A stretch of DNA of 64,000 nucleotides from Mustelus asterias (taxonomy: Eukaryota), in the NCBI RefSeq assembly GCF_964213995.1, contig NW_027590143.1:1178001-1242000 (forward strand), written 5' to 3'. Positions 1-12,619 of the stretch are shown here, in pieces; within the stretch, counting starts at the first letter, position 1; each line of letters starts with the position of its first letter. A program made the position numbers and the translations under genes. Under the pieces are notes generated by a model, which saw only the letters and a list, made by a program, of their open reading frames with translations, had not been told where the DNA came from and did not search any database.

Positions 1-713
1 TGCAGGAACGAACTCTGAGTAAAATGGATCAAAATGTTTGGGAAGAGTTACAGCTAAGAAGTGGAAGTTGAGAATGTTGGTTTTGATGATTGAGTGGAAA
101 ACATTGGAGCCAGAGGCTCCTGGTGGTCAATTTATTGAGAAGAATAAGGGAGTATATTCGGGACATCCTCCTGAAATTATTCACATCATAATGGACTGCG
201 ACAAAACATTGGAACGCAGCAGTCGAGCTCCTGCTGAAAACATCCATCCCTAACGATGCATTTCAGTATTCAAATTTCAGGAACCGCTTCGCAGGTGCAA
301 CCACTGAACTTCTCTGAAACTCGAAAAGGCCCGATCCTGCAATATCTGTAAGCCGCCAGCAGGTGGTGCCATTCTATCACTTCAATCACAAGCCTGGGAA
401 ACAGATTTGAGGAGTTTTTCGTGCAAATTTAATTCAGTTCTTCGTCAGACAGGAAAGAGTGAGAAAAACAGTGTCATTAATAAATCTGCCAGTTGTACTG
501 ACAGGAATATCTGGCCCGACGAATGTGAATTTACTCCTTGCATTGATATTCATCTTCCTGCTAATACATGTGCTTGTTTCCAGCTCGTTGCTGCATTACA
601 TTGTCGTTCATTGTTTTAAAGAGTTATCTATTTTCATGCACACTTTGTTAAATATTATTTCATTATCGTCGACACCAATTTATTTTTTCTCTGATTTTTT
701 TTCATTTTTCAGC

Positions 714-1617
714 TCCGTGTGGAGGACGGAGAAGATCTGCAGAGAGATTTGGACAGGCTGAGTGAGTGGGCGAGCTTATGGCAAATGGAGTATAACGTTG
801 ATAAATGCGAGGTTATACACTTTGGAGGAAATAATAACAAATGGGATTACTATCTCAATGGAAACAAATTAAATCATGCTACCGTGCAAAGGGACCTGGG
901 GGTCCCTGTGCATGAGACACAAAAGCCCAGTCTGCAGGTACAACAGGTGATCAAGAAGGCAAATGGGATGTTGGCCTATATTGCGAGGGGGATAGAATAT
1001 AAAAGCAGGGATGTCTTGATGCACCTCTACAGGGCATTGGTGAGGCCGCAGCTGGAATACTGTGTGCAGTATTGGTCCCCTTATATGAGGAAGGATATAT
1101 TGGCATTGGAGGGAGTGCAGAGAAGGTTCACCAGGTTGATACCGGAGATGAGGGGTTTGGATTATGAGGAGAGGCTGAGGGGATTGGGTTTGTACTCGTT
1201 GGAGTTTAGAAGGATGAGGGGGGATCTTATGAAGACTTATAAGATAATGCGGGGGCTGGATAGGGTGGAGGCGGAGAGATTCTTTCCACTTAGTAAGGAA
1301 GTGAAAACTAGAGGACACAGCCTCAAAATAAAGGGGGGTCGGTTTAAGACAGAGTTGAGGAGGAACTTCTTCTCCCAGAGGGTGGTGAATCTCTGGAATT
1401 CTCTGCCCACTGAGGTGGTGGAGGCTACCTCGCTGAATATGTTTAAAGCGCGGATGGATGGATTCCTGATCGGTAAGGGAATTAAGGGTTATGGGGATCA
1501 GGCGGGTAAGTGGTACTGATCCACGTCAGATCAGCCATGATCTTATTGAATGGCGGGGCAGGCTCTAGGGGCTAGATGGCCTACTCCTGCTCCTATTTCT
1601 TATGTTCTTATGTTCTT
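714..1617 (+). mobile_element. CR1/HER1-type LINE, 5'-truncated (RT C-terminal part, 3' UTR, microsatellite tail)
   Basis: ORF 719..1519 has CR1 ORF2 motifs (KCEVIHFG, RDLGV, RPQLEYCVQYW, RRMRGDL, RRNFFSQRVVNLWNSLP) and the copy ends in a TTATGTTC-type tail. Confidence 0.95.
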
Positions 1618-1696
1618 AATTATTTGTTCAATTTTCCTTCACAAATACAGGCCAATCCTGCTTATCGACTGTTCCGTATATACTTAAAGCATGCTT

Positions 1697-1821
1697 ACAA
1701 AGAACAAAGAACAGTACAGCACAGGAAACAGGCCCTTCGGCCCTCCAAGCCTGTGCCGCTCCTTGGTCCAACTAGACCAATCGTTTGTATCCCTCCATTC
1801 CCAGGCTGCTCATGTGACTAT
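1697..1821 (-). mobile_element. CR1 3'-end fragment
   Basis: Reverse complement of the 3' UTR and (TTCTTTG)n tail also seen at 19790-19896 and 47944-48180. Confidence 0.85.
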
Positions 1822-2319
1822 GCTTACGTGTTTGAATTTTCCGCCCCAGCACATTTGGTGTCCCATCTCGCTCATACCTATAGCACATTCTGCATTTTCC
1901 ATGGGCCATTTTATTGTGCAAGTTTCTTTTTAGTTATGAACACATTTATCCGATTGCACTGTCGAATGCTGGCACAGGATTTTATTCAATGTTATCGCCG
2001 CCATTCCAGTGTCTCGTCCCGAGCTGCAATCTTTCCCTGAATGTAGCTCCTTGGAAGTTTAAGTTTATTATTTTATGGTGAGTATTGTCTTCTTATTTCC
2101 CTCCTACTCTTACTCCTTTATTCACTCGGGTTAATTCCCATCATTTCATCCAATAGTTGATCTTCACTTCCTGGGATGTTATTTTTAAATGAGTTAGAAC
2201 GTTATCCTGCACACATTGTGAGAACTTTAGCTGCCTCCTCTGTCCAAATTTCCAATGTTAAACATTCCAAGTTTTATCACACAGTTTTCTCATTTGTCGA
2301 CACATAATAATATAATCGG

Positions 2320-2555
2320 GAATTGGAAGTTGGTCGCAGAGATGGTAATTCTGAAATTATCATTCGTTGTTATAAAAACACATCAGTCTCCTATTCTTAT
2401 TTAGGGAAGGAAATCTGCCAACCGTCATAATCTGTTCACGAGTGACCCCTGAGCGATCATAATATGCTGGGCTCTTAACTACTGACAAGTGTAATTGGGG
2501 ATGGACAGCAGATTCTGGACTTTTCAGCGATTCTCACAGTGTACGAACGAATGGG
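2320..2555 (+). mobile_element. Degenerate Deu-domain SINE (SacSINE1-like), 3' part
   Basis: GGGAAGGAAATCTGCC core and GGGATGG tail, shared with the copies at 9680-10031 and 56885-57087. Confidence 0.55.
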
Positions 2556-3149
2556 GAAAAAAAACCTCTCGAACTACAGGCATTCTTTTGCAGCGAATTT
2601 GACGCTTCTTACATTTTTGCAAGAGGAAAATCATCCTTTATTTAGACATGCGCTTGTTCTAAAGAGCTCGGACAGTCGTTGTTGAGGAAAGAAGAAATTC
2701 AAAGTAACCACCTGACGAAGTTACTTCGCAGCAGCCACTGACGGGATAATTGTTTCGCATTGACTAAGAAGGGATGTAAACTGCAAATGAACGTGAACGT
2801 TAAAGTAAAGGCAGAATGCAAAACAGGGTTTGAATTTTGAACAAAATCATGCCTTGAAATTCCCAAATTCAGCTAATTAATATATGAAGGGGGCAATTTC
2901 TCCTGCACTTTCAGGTCAAGCTATTCTCTGTGCTTCTAATAATAAGTTAATGTGGGGTGTGTGTGGAACATTATATATCCTGTGATTCACTGTATTGTCC
3001 AGAATATTTTCTAACTAAGAAGTACTAAATGAATGTCAAGAAGCATTCCTCTGGTCTGCAACCTATGAGTTTGGAATACTCGAAGTGAGACAGGAATATA
3101 ACAAAGTTTCCATTCTCTAACCCTAACCCTTCAAAATGAAATTTTATCG

Positions 3150-4931
3150 CTGAACTTTGAAGGGAACTAATCGTTCAAGATACGCAGGCAAAGAATAGGG
3201 CCTAGTAATGACAAAGGTCAAAATCTGTTGGTGGAGGCAGGGGACAGTTGTAAGGTGTTAAACGAATATTGCACTTCTGTCTTTTCCCACGAGAATGAGG
3301 AGGTAGTTATGGAACTCGGGTAGAAAGACTGTGAGGTTCTCGAGCAAATTGTGATATGGAGAGACAAAGTATTGAAGGAATTGGCGGGCTAAAAGTGGAC
3401 AAGTCAACAGGTCCATATGAATTGTGACCCATGCGGCTGTGGGAGGCGAGGGAGGAAATTGCAGAGGCTCTGATTCAAATTTTTAATTCCCCGCTGGCCA
3501 CCGGAGAGGTCTCAGTGGACTGGAGAACAGCTAATTTGGTCCCACTAGTTAAGAAAGAGGCAAGCCAGGGAACTACAGGCCAACGAGTCTTACGTCTGTG
3601 GTTGCGAAACTACCGGGGAAGATTCTGAACGAGATAATCTATCTCCATTTGGAGAGATAAGGTTTGATTAGAGATAGTCAGCATCGTTTTGTCAGAGCGA
3701 GGTCATGCGTAACAAATGTGACTGAATTGTTTGAGCATGTAAACAAGTCTGCTGATAGCGTGGTTGATGGAGTTTACATGTTATTTCAGCAAATTATTTG
3801 CCAAAATCCCACATATGAGACTTATTAGGAATGCACATGGGATACACGGTGATCTGATAAGGTGGATTCATAATGGGTTAGCGATAGGAGACCGAGGGTG
3901 ATGACAAACGACTGATTCAGTGAGTGGAGGCCAGTGAACAGTGACGTACCACAGGGATCCGTGTTGGGCCCCCTATCTTTCGTCATTGATATAAATGACA
4001 TAGATGGCTACGAGGAGGATAAAATCAGAATGTATGCCGATGTCACAAAGATTGACCGGGTGGTTAGCAGTGAGGTTGAGTGTCTTGGGTTACAGGAAGA
4101 TATAGACGGGATGGCCAAATGTGTGGATCAGTGGCAGGTGGAATTTCACCCTGAAAAGTGTGAGGTGATGCACTTTGGAAGGAGTAATTTGACAAGTAAG
4201 TATCCTATGAAAGGTCTGACACTGGGAAGTTCCAAAGACAAAGCGGCCTTGGCGTGTTTGTCCATAGATCTCTGAAGGCGGAAGGTAGCTTCATAGGGTG
4301 GTGAAAAAGGCATATGGCACCCTCGCCTTTATCAATCGCGTTATACATTAATAAGCAGAGAGTTTATGATGGAGTTGTATAGAACTTTGGGGAGACCACA
4401 GTTGGAGTACTGTGTGCAGTTCTGCTCGCCACCCTATAGGACGGATGTGATCGCAATGGAAGGGGTGCAGAGGAGATTCATGGGGATGCTGCCTGTGATG
4501 GAACATTTAAGTTATAAAGAGAGGTTGGACAGGCTTGGGTGTTTTTCTCTGCAACAGAGAAGGGGCGACCTAGTTGAGTTGTTCATAATTATGAGTGGCA
4601 TGGACAGGGTGGCTCGGGAGCTGCTGTTCCCCTTTGTTAAAGAGTTAGTTATGAGAGGGCACGAATTGAAAGTGAGGGGTGGGAGGTTAAGGGAGGATTT
4701 GTGGAACAAACCTTTTTACCCAGAGAGTGATGACGGTCTGGAATGCAAGGCCTGGGATAGGCGGGAAGCCTCACATCCTTTAAAAAAATACCTGCATGTG
4801 GACTTGGCACGCCATACCATTCAAAGCTATGGGCCAAGTGTTTGCAAGGTCAGGGCCTTCCATGCGTCTGTGCAGACTCGATGGGTGGAAGGGCCTCTTC
4901 TGCACTGTATCGTTCTGTGATTCTGTGATTT
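3150..4931 (+). mobile_element. Old degraded CR1 LINE
   Basis: Broken RT pieces (WEAREEIAEAL, VPQGSVLGP, RPQLEYCVQF) with stops and frameshifts; TTCTGTGA tail. Confidence 0.9.
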
Positions 4932-5372
4932 CGCGTCGAGGTTTCAGATAGATCTGGACCCACGTTGCAGTTTGATCAGTGATTACGCTCTGTCAATAAT
5001 GATCAGGAGCTGGAACTTGGTTGCATCTGCCTTTCGGATTTCTGGTCAGTTACACCTTCAGCTGAAATGGTTTGAGTTAACCTTGATGGACTCCTTATGC
5101 ACAACTCCCTATTTCACTTTTGCAACGGCCTGTTGGGCTATACATTATTTTCTAGCTGTCAGACAGTGCAGTATGTAAATTCCACATCAGAGTTGTGTCA
5201 ATAAAAAACGTTCCACATTGCTTGTATAACTTTATTTTTGAAGTGGATTTTTATCTAGATGTTCCAACTGACTGCTAGTGGATGAACATTTCTATAAAAT
5301 GTTTCTTACAATAAAAGGAAAACTCAAGCAATTTCGGCAGCATCATTACTCATCTGTTTTTTTTCAAACTGC

Positions 5373-5441
5373 AATTAATGTGCACCATCAAACCATGTAA
5401 TTATGTCCGCTGAGACTGATAACTGGTATAAATGTGACAAT
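5373..5441 (+). promoter_or_regulatory. Proximal promoter of GPCR-A (two TAAT-core homeodomain-like sites and a TATA box)
   Basis: AATTAATG 5373-5380, TAATTAT 5398-5404 and GTATAAATGTGACAAT 5426-5441 recur at identical spacing upstream of the paralog at 50133-50201; TATA lies 57 nt before the ATG in both. Confidence 0.7.
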
Positions 5442-5483
5442 CTTACAGGGTTGTGCAAAACACATTCTCAATTTGTGCGTGAA

Positions 5484-5553
5484 ATGCACGGAATACCAAG
5501 AGGTCTGCTGTTTGCAATTTATTATCCTATCCTTGCAGCTGTTGGGTTTCCAG
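5484..5553 (+). CDS. GPCR-A exon 1 (MHGIPRGLLFAIYYPILAAVGFP, N-terminus and TM1)
   Basis: ATG 5484, 70-nt exon, phase-1 donor G|GTACAG; homologous to 50244..50313. Confidence 0.9.
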
Positions 5554-6861
5554 GTACAGTAATTTTATACTGATTCATTGTGAATATCATTGTCTAAACT
5601 GTTCTCTCATTTCTGTCGTTACTCTATCACTTCTGTCATATATTAAAACTGCTTCTAGACAGATATGTTTTTTCCCCCATTCATCGGGCAATATTTGGCT
5701 TTTAATGGGACACTAAATGCAGCTGAGAGAGTATCATTTTTCCACTTTAATCGTATTAACACTCTGTTCAACAACATAACTTATGCCTTTTATTGACACA
5801 ATTACCCTTCATTATTGGTGACTTTTCTCCACTTTTATGGTGTAATTTCTTTGCTGAACCACAACGGTTGCTTAACGTTGCTGTTATACTATCGTCCCAT
5901 GATGAGTATCATTGTATCCTTGCAATTGTGTATTTCTTCTATTTATCACTACCAGCTCAATGTATAAATATAATTCATTTATTTTGGTGACAGAATTTCT
6001 CTTGGTGAAATATTAGTGTTTACTGAAGTTTAATTGAGTTTCAATTGCACACTTGTCATTGTTGCCATGTGGGCGCTATTGCACCTGGTTTAGCGACATT
6101 CTGCTATTGACACAGCTGCTCAATTTTACCATCGCGCACCTTGGTCCCAGTGCGAGAATGTGGAAGCTTTCTGCCAAATAGCTGAAATTTTCCATTACTA
6201 TTTTATTAATTGGTTCCTCGCTTAACGATCATGGCTCAAGCATGGCAGTCTTGGAAGTGCAACACTCTTATATTGCTCGAGCCCTGGAAGAGCACATGCA
6301 ATTATAACCTTCCAAGTCCGAAGCAAGAGACTGATTTACATGTTGAGTTGCTTAATTGGTTTGCGTGAATAATTCTCAAGCAAATTAGTCGTTTATATTT
6401 CAGTCATCTTTTCTCCCTGTTTTTATTTTGTGTGAAACATTTCCCTTCTTTAACATTCAATGTCATATATTGCCTTTCTGCCCAATTCCTTGGTCAATAA
6501 ATTATTAGAGCCCCTTCGATTTCGAATTCGCAATGTTTTGGACTCTTTTTATCTTCGTTTTTCTCAACAATTTGAGACAGATGATAATTAAGTTTATTTC
6601 CCCTGCCAATGAGCTACAAAGTAGCAAATTCAGTGTCCGCCATAGGACAGAAACAGAAATCTTCCTAATATTACAGCAACATGTCAATGGCTGTTTGCAT
6701 TGAATGATTTTATTTTCTCCAGTTACGAGGCAGGTAATCCACCTGATATGCTCAAACTTTTCTCTCTTTGCAATGATTTCCCGACCTCTGAGTCTTTGCG
6801 ATATTTCATGCTCTGTTCTTATTTTCTGCCATTTATTCACTGGAGATTTTCCCTGTTACAG

Positions 6862-7769
6862 CTAATTTGGCAGTGATTGTGATCCTACCTCGAGGAAGAT
6901 GTGGCCTCTCCAAATGTATCACTTATTACCTGGTATTCATGGCTGTAACGGATCTCCTGGTAATCATCACTGCTGTGATATTTAACCGGATTGTAGGTAT
7001 TTACTTTCCATTCAGCTTCCTGTCCATCACTCCGGTATGTCGTGTTAGTCTTATGCTTATTTATGGGGTCAGGGATTCGTCTGTCTGGGTAACTGTCGCG
7101 TTCACCTTTGATCGATTTGTTGCGATTTGTTGTCAGAAATTGAAAACTAAAGTTTGCACAGAGAAAGCAGCGGCTGTGGTTATTGGAACTGCCTGCGCTC
7201 TCAACTGTATAAGAAATATCCCACTGTACTTTATCTATGAGCCTGCGTTTTTTATCGATGTGACACCATGGTACTGCAACTTAAAAACAACATATTACAC
7301 AACACCTGCTTGGGTCTCATTTGACTGGATTATCGTCATCTTAAATCCTTGTCTTCCATTCATTTTGATTTTACTGTTTAATGCACTGACCGTCAAGCAC
7401 ATCGTTACAGCCAACAGAGCCCGGAGCAGACTCTTGGATCAAAGCAATGGAGAGAATCAGAGAGACCCTGAAGTGGAGAAGAGGCGAAAGTCGATTGTTT
7501 TACTCTTCTGTGTCTCCGGAAGTTTCATCCTGTTATATTCGTTAGTACTTACAACTTTTCTCTGCGTCCAAATTGCGAATGTTAGCTATTTCTCGGGAAC
7601 CAATTACAATAAATCTAATTTTATTCTGGAGGAAGGTGGGTTTATGCTTCAGCTGTTGAGTTCCTGCATTAACCCATTCATTTACGCAGGGACCCAGAGT
7701 AAAGTCAGAGAGGAGTTAAAAATTTGGCTGACATATCCATTCTGTCTAATATTTAAACTATTGAAATAA
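6862..7769 (+). CDS. GPCR-A exon 2: class A 7TM receptor, GPR139/GPR142-like (spliced product 325 aa)
   Basis: Acceptor TTACAG| at 6861 joins exon 1 in frame; TM2 MAVTDL, TM3 FDRFVAIC, TM5 PFILILL, TM7 NPFIY; open to TAA at 7769. Confidence 0.9.
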
Positions 7770-9242
7770 TGCTAATAGTAAAAGAAAACATGAGTTCTAC
7801 ATTATATAACATTCAATGCTTCTGCTGTTCATTTTACACGTGACCTCTACAATGGGACTGTGTTCTTGCTCTCTCTCGCTTTTTTTTCCTCTATGTTCCA
7901 GTGTGTCTGTACTGGCCGCAGTTTATGATGTCCATGAAGGCAATAAATCAGAAAGGCAAGTACTTATTAAAGAAGGGAAACGTGTTGAGAAACAGGGGGG
8001 GCTGTGCTCTCACCATCTGAAACTTGCAAATCATGCCAGATGCATGAATTCGCTCGACCTGGAATTTGCGAACGTGCCTAAAATTCTAACTTACGGTAAT
8101 CTATCAAAATCTCACCAATGTCAAATGCCACAAACTCACTTGCCTTTAATCCCATCATTCTTCAAGACTCAGTGGGGTTTACAACCTGCAGGCTACCCTT
8201 TTTCTGCTTTGCTGCCCCCGGCAGATTTTCTCTTGCAAAGAGCGGGATGAAGTATGATAGATGAAGAAAGAGAGAGAGTGAAAGTAATGCAGAGAGTAAC
8301 AGTGAGACAGTGAGGGACGCCGATCAATTCAGAAATAGTGAGTGCCAGGAGAGTCCGAGTCACTTCATAAGCAGGGCAAAGATCTGGAAATGGAGATGTG
8401 TTCCTTATCCATATTTAAAAGATAATCCACACTGCCAGCAGTTAGAGTTCACAATCTCTGCTCAGCCCTATGTTTGGGGGAAGGGCGGGAGGAGTGGGTT
8501 GGAATGGAATGTTGTTTAGTGTGGGATCGGGTTTATCTTTTCGAAAACAACAGTGATATTTCCAGCAAGAGCAACAAGGGCAAGATGCGTTAGTTCTTCA
8601 AAATGAAAAAAAAAACCTAAAACAGCAGCAGGTAGAAGTCACCAGGACTTACACCTTCAACTGAGTGATTCTCTAGTATTTCTCACTTTGCAAATTGCTT
8701 CTTTCATGTTCCTGAAATATTGGAGGCATAGTCATTACTGAAGCAATTCATTGTCTCGGGGCGTTCACTGTAAATAGCTTCTGGAAACAAATTGACACTA
8801 CAATCAATCAAAAACCCCAATGTCCATTCAAACTGCTCCCTCCCATCTGCTTGCCCATACAAAGGTTACTCAGGTTTCCAGAGTCATTTATTAGATAGAA
8901 ACATCTTCCCCCAGCGTCTTACAAACAACACATTTTCCACAGACCAAACTGTTTAAAAACATTCCCAAGTGTTTTTGTTGAACTCTTTAATTAAATTATT
9001 TACAGGTTCCTGTCACCACAACATAGAGAAAGACATTTCAGGGAGAGAGGCTTTCACCCTTTTTGAAATCATATCCCCAAACAGAAGTTCCCTCATTGCA
9101 CACAAAGATAAATATAGTGGCTCATACAGAGAGCGATATATAGAGAGAGGCACACCGGCACACAAAAACTCTCATGAACGAAGAGGTATACAGGGAAAGA
9201 GATACAAACGGAAATTCAGAGAGATATGCAGATAAAAAAGTC

Positions 9243-10700
9243 GAAAATAGGAACAAAGTCTATTCGGCCCTGCGATCCTTCTCTTCCTGCATCAAACTTA
9301 GTAACCCCTGCTCCCCAACCCACCCACCACCCCCCGCCGCCCCCTCCCCCTCCAACATTTAGCCTTTGATCCCTTTAACCCAAGTTTGTATACAACTCCT
9401 TCGTGAAGACAAGAAAGGTTTTGGCCTCGGCGGATTACTACAGTAGTGAATTGCATAGGCTCGCCAATCTCTTGGTGAAGAAGTATTTGCTCGCCTGAGT
9501 CCAAAATGTTTAATCTGGCACCCTTCAACATTGATCCGGGGTTCTGGGTGGCCTTGCCATGGGGACCATCCTTCCATCGTGCACCATGTCCAGCCCTGTT
9601 AGAAATTTATAGGTTTCTATGGCATCCTCCCCTCCCCGTGTACATTCTTCTAAACTCCCACGAATGTAATCCTAACCAACTTTTTTTTATCCACTCATGG
9701 GACATCGGGTTCATTGGCTGGCCAGCATTTATTGCTTATCCTTGTTTGCAATTTGAGGCAAGTTGAGAGTCTGAAGTCACTTGTAAGCCACACCAGGTAA
9801 GGACAGCAGATTTCCTTTCCAAAAGTGGATTAATGAAACAGATGTGTTTTTTCCCCACGACAATCGATTCATGGTCATCAGTTGATATTTAGTTCCAAAC
9901 ATGTTTGGAACGTTTGCAATGTTTGCATTAAATTCAAATTTTACCATCTGCCGTGGCGGGATTCGAACCCGAGTCCCCACAGCATTTGCTGAGTTTCTGG
10001 ATTAATAGTCTAGCGATACTGACACTTGGCCCCGAATGTCTCCTGAAGCATCTGTTTTGCCTATTACAGGAAACTGTCTGGTAAATATTTGCTGGACTCC
10101 CTAATAGAAAGAACATCCTTCCTCAGATAAGCAGACCAATACTGCACACCCTATTCAAGGTGTGGCTCACCAAGTTCCTGTACAATTGCAAAAGGGCATC
10201 CCTGTGCCTGGGCTCAAATCCCTTCATAATGAAGGCTAACATGTCATTCGTCGTCCTTTAAGCCTGCTGCAACTTTATACTTACTTTGAGCGACTGGTGT
10301 ACAATGACACCCAGGCATTGTTGCACGTTCTGCTTTCCACACCATAATATTTTCACTATCGAAATTAATAATCTCACAATTATCCACATTATACTGCTTC
10401 TGTCATTCTTTTCCTCGCTCACTCAACTTGTCCAAATAACATTGAAGCATTTTTGAATCCTTCTCATAGCTGACCCTCCTTTCAAGCTTTGTATCACCTG
10501 CATATTTCGAGATATTACACTTTCTTTTCTCATTAGTATCATTAATATATGTGAAGAATAGCTGAGGTCACAGCACTAATCCCTAAATTATCTCACTGGT
10601 CACTGCCTGCCATTGTCAAAAAGAGTCCCGTTTATTGCTTCGTTTTGATTCCTGTGTGACAACCAGTTTTCTATTCCTCTAAATACACTATCCCTATGTT
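9243..10700 (-). mobile_element. Degraded CR1 LINE interrupted by a SINE
   Basis: Reverse-strand CR1 3' UTR and RT remnants at 9243-9679 and 10032-10700. Confidence 0.75.
9680..10031 (-). mobile_element. tRNA-headed Deu-domain SINE (SacSINE1-like)
   Basis: B box GGGTTCGAATCCC on the minus strand near 9958-9970, central GAAATCTGCTGTCCTTACCTGG, A-rich end. Confidence 0.75.
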
Positions 10701-11529
10701 TCCTACATTGTAAAGATGACAACATTTCAAGAAGGTCTTGATTGGTTACAAAGTTTTCATGACGTCCTTTGGTTGGAAAAGATGCTACATAAAAGACAAT
10801 TTGTCTTTCTCAATTTATCTTCCATCCCAGTCCTCTATTCACTGATCCTCGTCGGTGGAAACAGTTTCTACCTATCAGCTCATTCCATGCATCCACCCCA
10901 CCCCTACCCCATAATATTCAAGAGTTCCATGAAATCTCTGTTTAACCTTCTTTGCTCGAAAGAGAACAATCCCAGTCTCTATACTCCCGTCTCAAAACTG
11001 AACTTACTCATCCCTGGGCATGATGCAAGACGGAGATTTGAGAGGAGATTTTGGAAAATATTGCCAGTTGGCAGGTGGGGAAAACGGAGAAGGAACAAAA
11101 CCAGAAAATCCAGACTCCAGCTTGTGGGCCTTTAGAAACACTTTGGGAACCGGAATCAGAGGAAAATGAAGGGTGAACTGTCCAAATGCGCTGGGATAGT
11201 CAAGGCACCTTTCCATTCTTTAGGACACTGGAGTATTGACTCTGATGTTATCAGTGCAATTAACTGATCGGAAAAGTTGAAAGGATTCTTGGTACTGCAC
11301 ATCTGGAATTCAAACCTAATATCCGCTTCCGGACAATCAGAACACTTGGGAACCGACGAGACACTCAAAGGCTCGAAGTGAGATGGCACCGTTTGTAGGA
11401 GAGCTGGTTCCCGGTGACATGGATGTGTCTGCAGGGGGTGGTTGCAAACCTTTTACATATTATGCCATTGCATCCAACAGTAAACTTCAGAAACTGATAA
11501 AATATGGTTATGAAGTTCAATCAGACTGC

Positions 11530-11965
11530 CCGTTTTGATAAGTGCTGCAGGCTGCAAAGAAGGCGAATCGCATGTTGCCATTCATAATTAAGGAGCAGGC
11601 ACGTCTTGTTACAATTATACAGGGCCTTGGTGAGGCTATAGCTCGAATATTTCGTGCAATTTCGGGCTCCTTTTCTGAGGAAGGATGTTGTTGCTATCGA
11701 GGGAGCAAGCAAAGGTTTGCCAGACAGATTCATGGCATGACGGGACTGACATATAAGGAGACATTGAATCAATTAGAATTGTATTCGTTGCAGTTCAGAA
11801 GAATGAGTGGGATTTCAGAATCTGTACAATTCGAACAGGACGAGACAGACTAGATTCTGGAATGATGTTACCGATTGTGGGGGAGTCCAGATCCACGGGT
11901 CATCCTCTAAGGATACGGGGTAAACATTTTAGTATTGAGATAAGGAGACGTCTTTTTAGGCAGTG
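11530..11965 (+). mobile_element. Degraded CR1 fragment
   Basis: KKANRMLPFI and LYSLQFRRMSG remnants. Confidence 0.75.
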
Positions 11966-12619
11966 AATGGTAAGTCTGTGGATTTTGTAGTGGAAGTGAT
12001 GACACTATGTTTGCAGGGAGGAATCAGATGCAGCAACTATGGCATCGTTACTGAAGTGTTTTCGTTGTTGCATTTAATTAGCATGCAAAGGTCGCTAGTT
12101 CAAAAGTGGGTCACAACATTAACACGCGTGATTTTAAACTCAAAGGGAGTTAAAGATCAGTAATCATGAATATAATCACATTCCTTAATCAGCTCCACGG
12201 TGAGTGAGACAGAGACAAGCATCAGAATGTTACCCCGCAATCTCCAATCACCCACTGCCACCAGATAGCGGCAACTGCAGCTTCAATCAGCGGGTCACTG
12301 CCCATCCCTGCGACAATAGATACTGCAACCCAGGACAATCCTCTCAATACACCGAGCACAGGCTTAGCAAAACACAGGTAGATGATAAAACGGCTCACTG
12401 AACCTCCGAGCAGCATTGACACAATACCGGAGTGTGCGAATCACAAAAAAAAGCCACAGCAACTTTCTTAAAATTTTCAGTGTAAAATTCCTCAATTTGG
12501 TTTAGAAGCTGAGTGTTGTGAATCTGAAAATGAGCACCATGCCTTCCCCAGTGATTTGTTTCCCATTGGTTTTCCGTCAGGTTTGCAATTCGATTTATGT
12601 TCGAAGATTCGAAGATGTT

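Noticed and set aside
869-1318. Antisense and alternate-frame ORFs over CR1 copies (also 13857..14294, 18568..19026, 38503..38802)
   Set aside because: Shadows of the LINE ORF2 with no independent coding evidence
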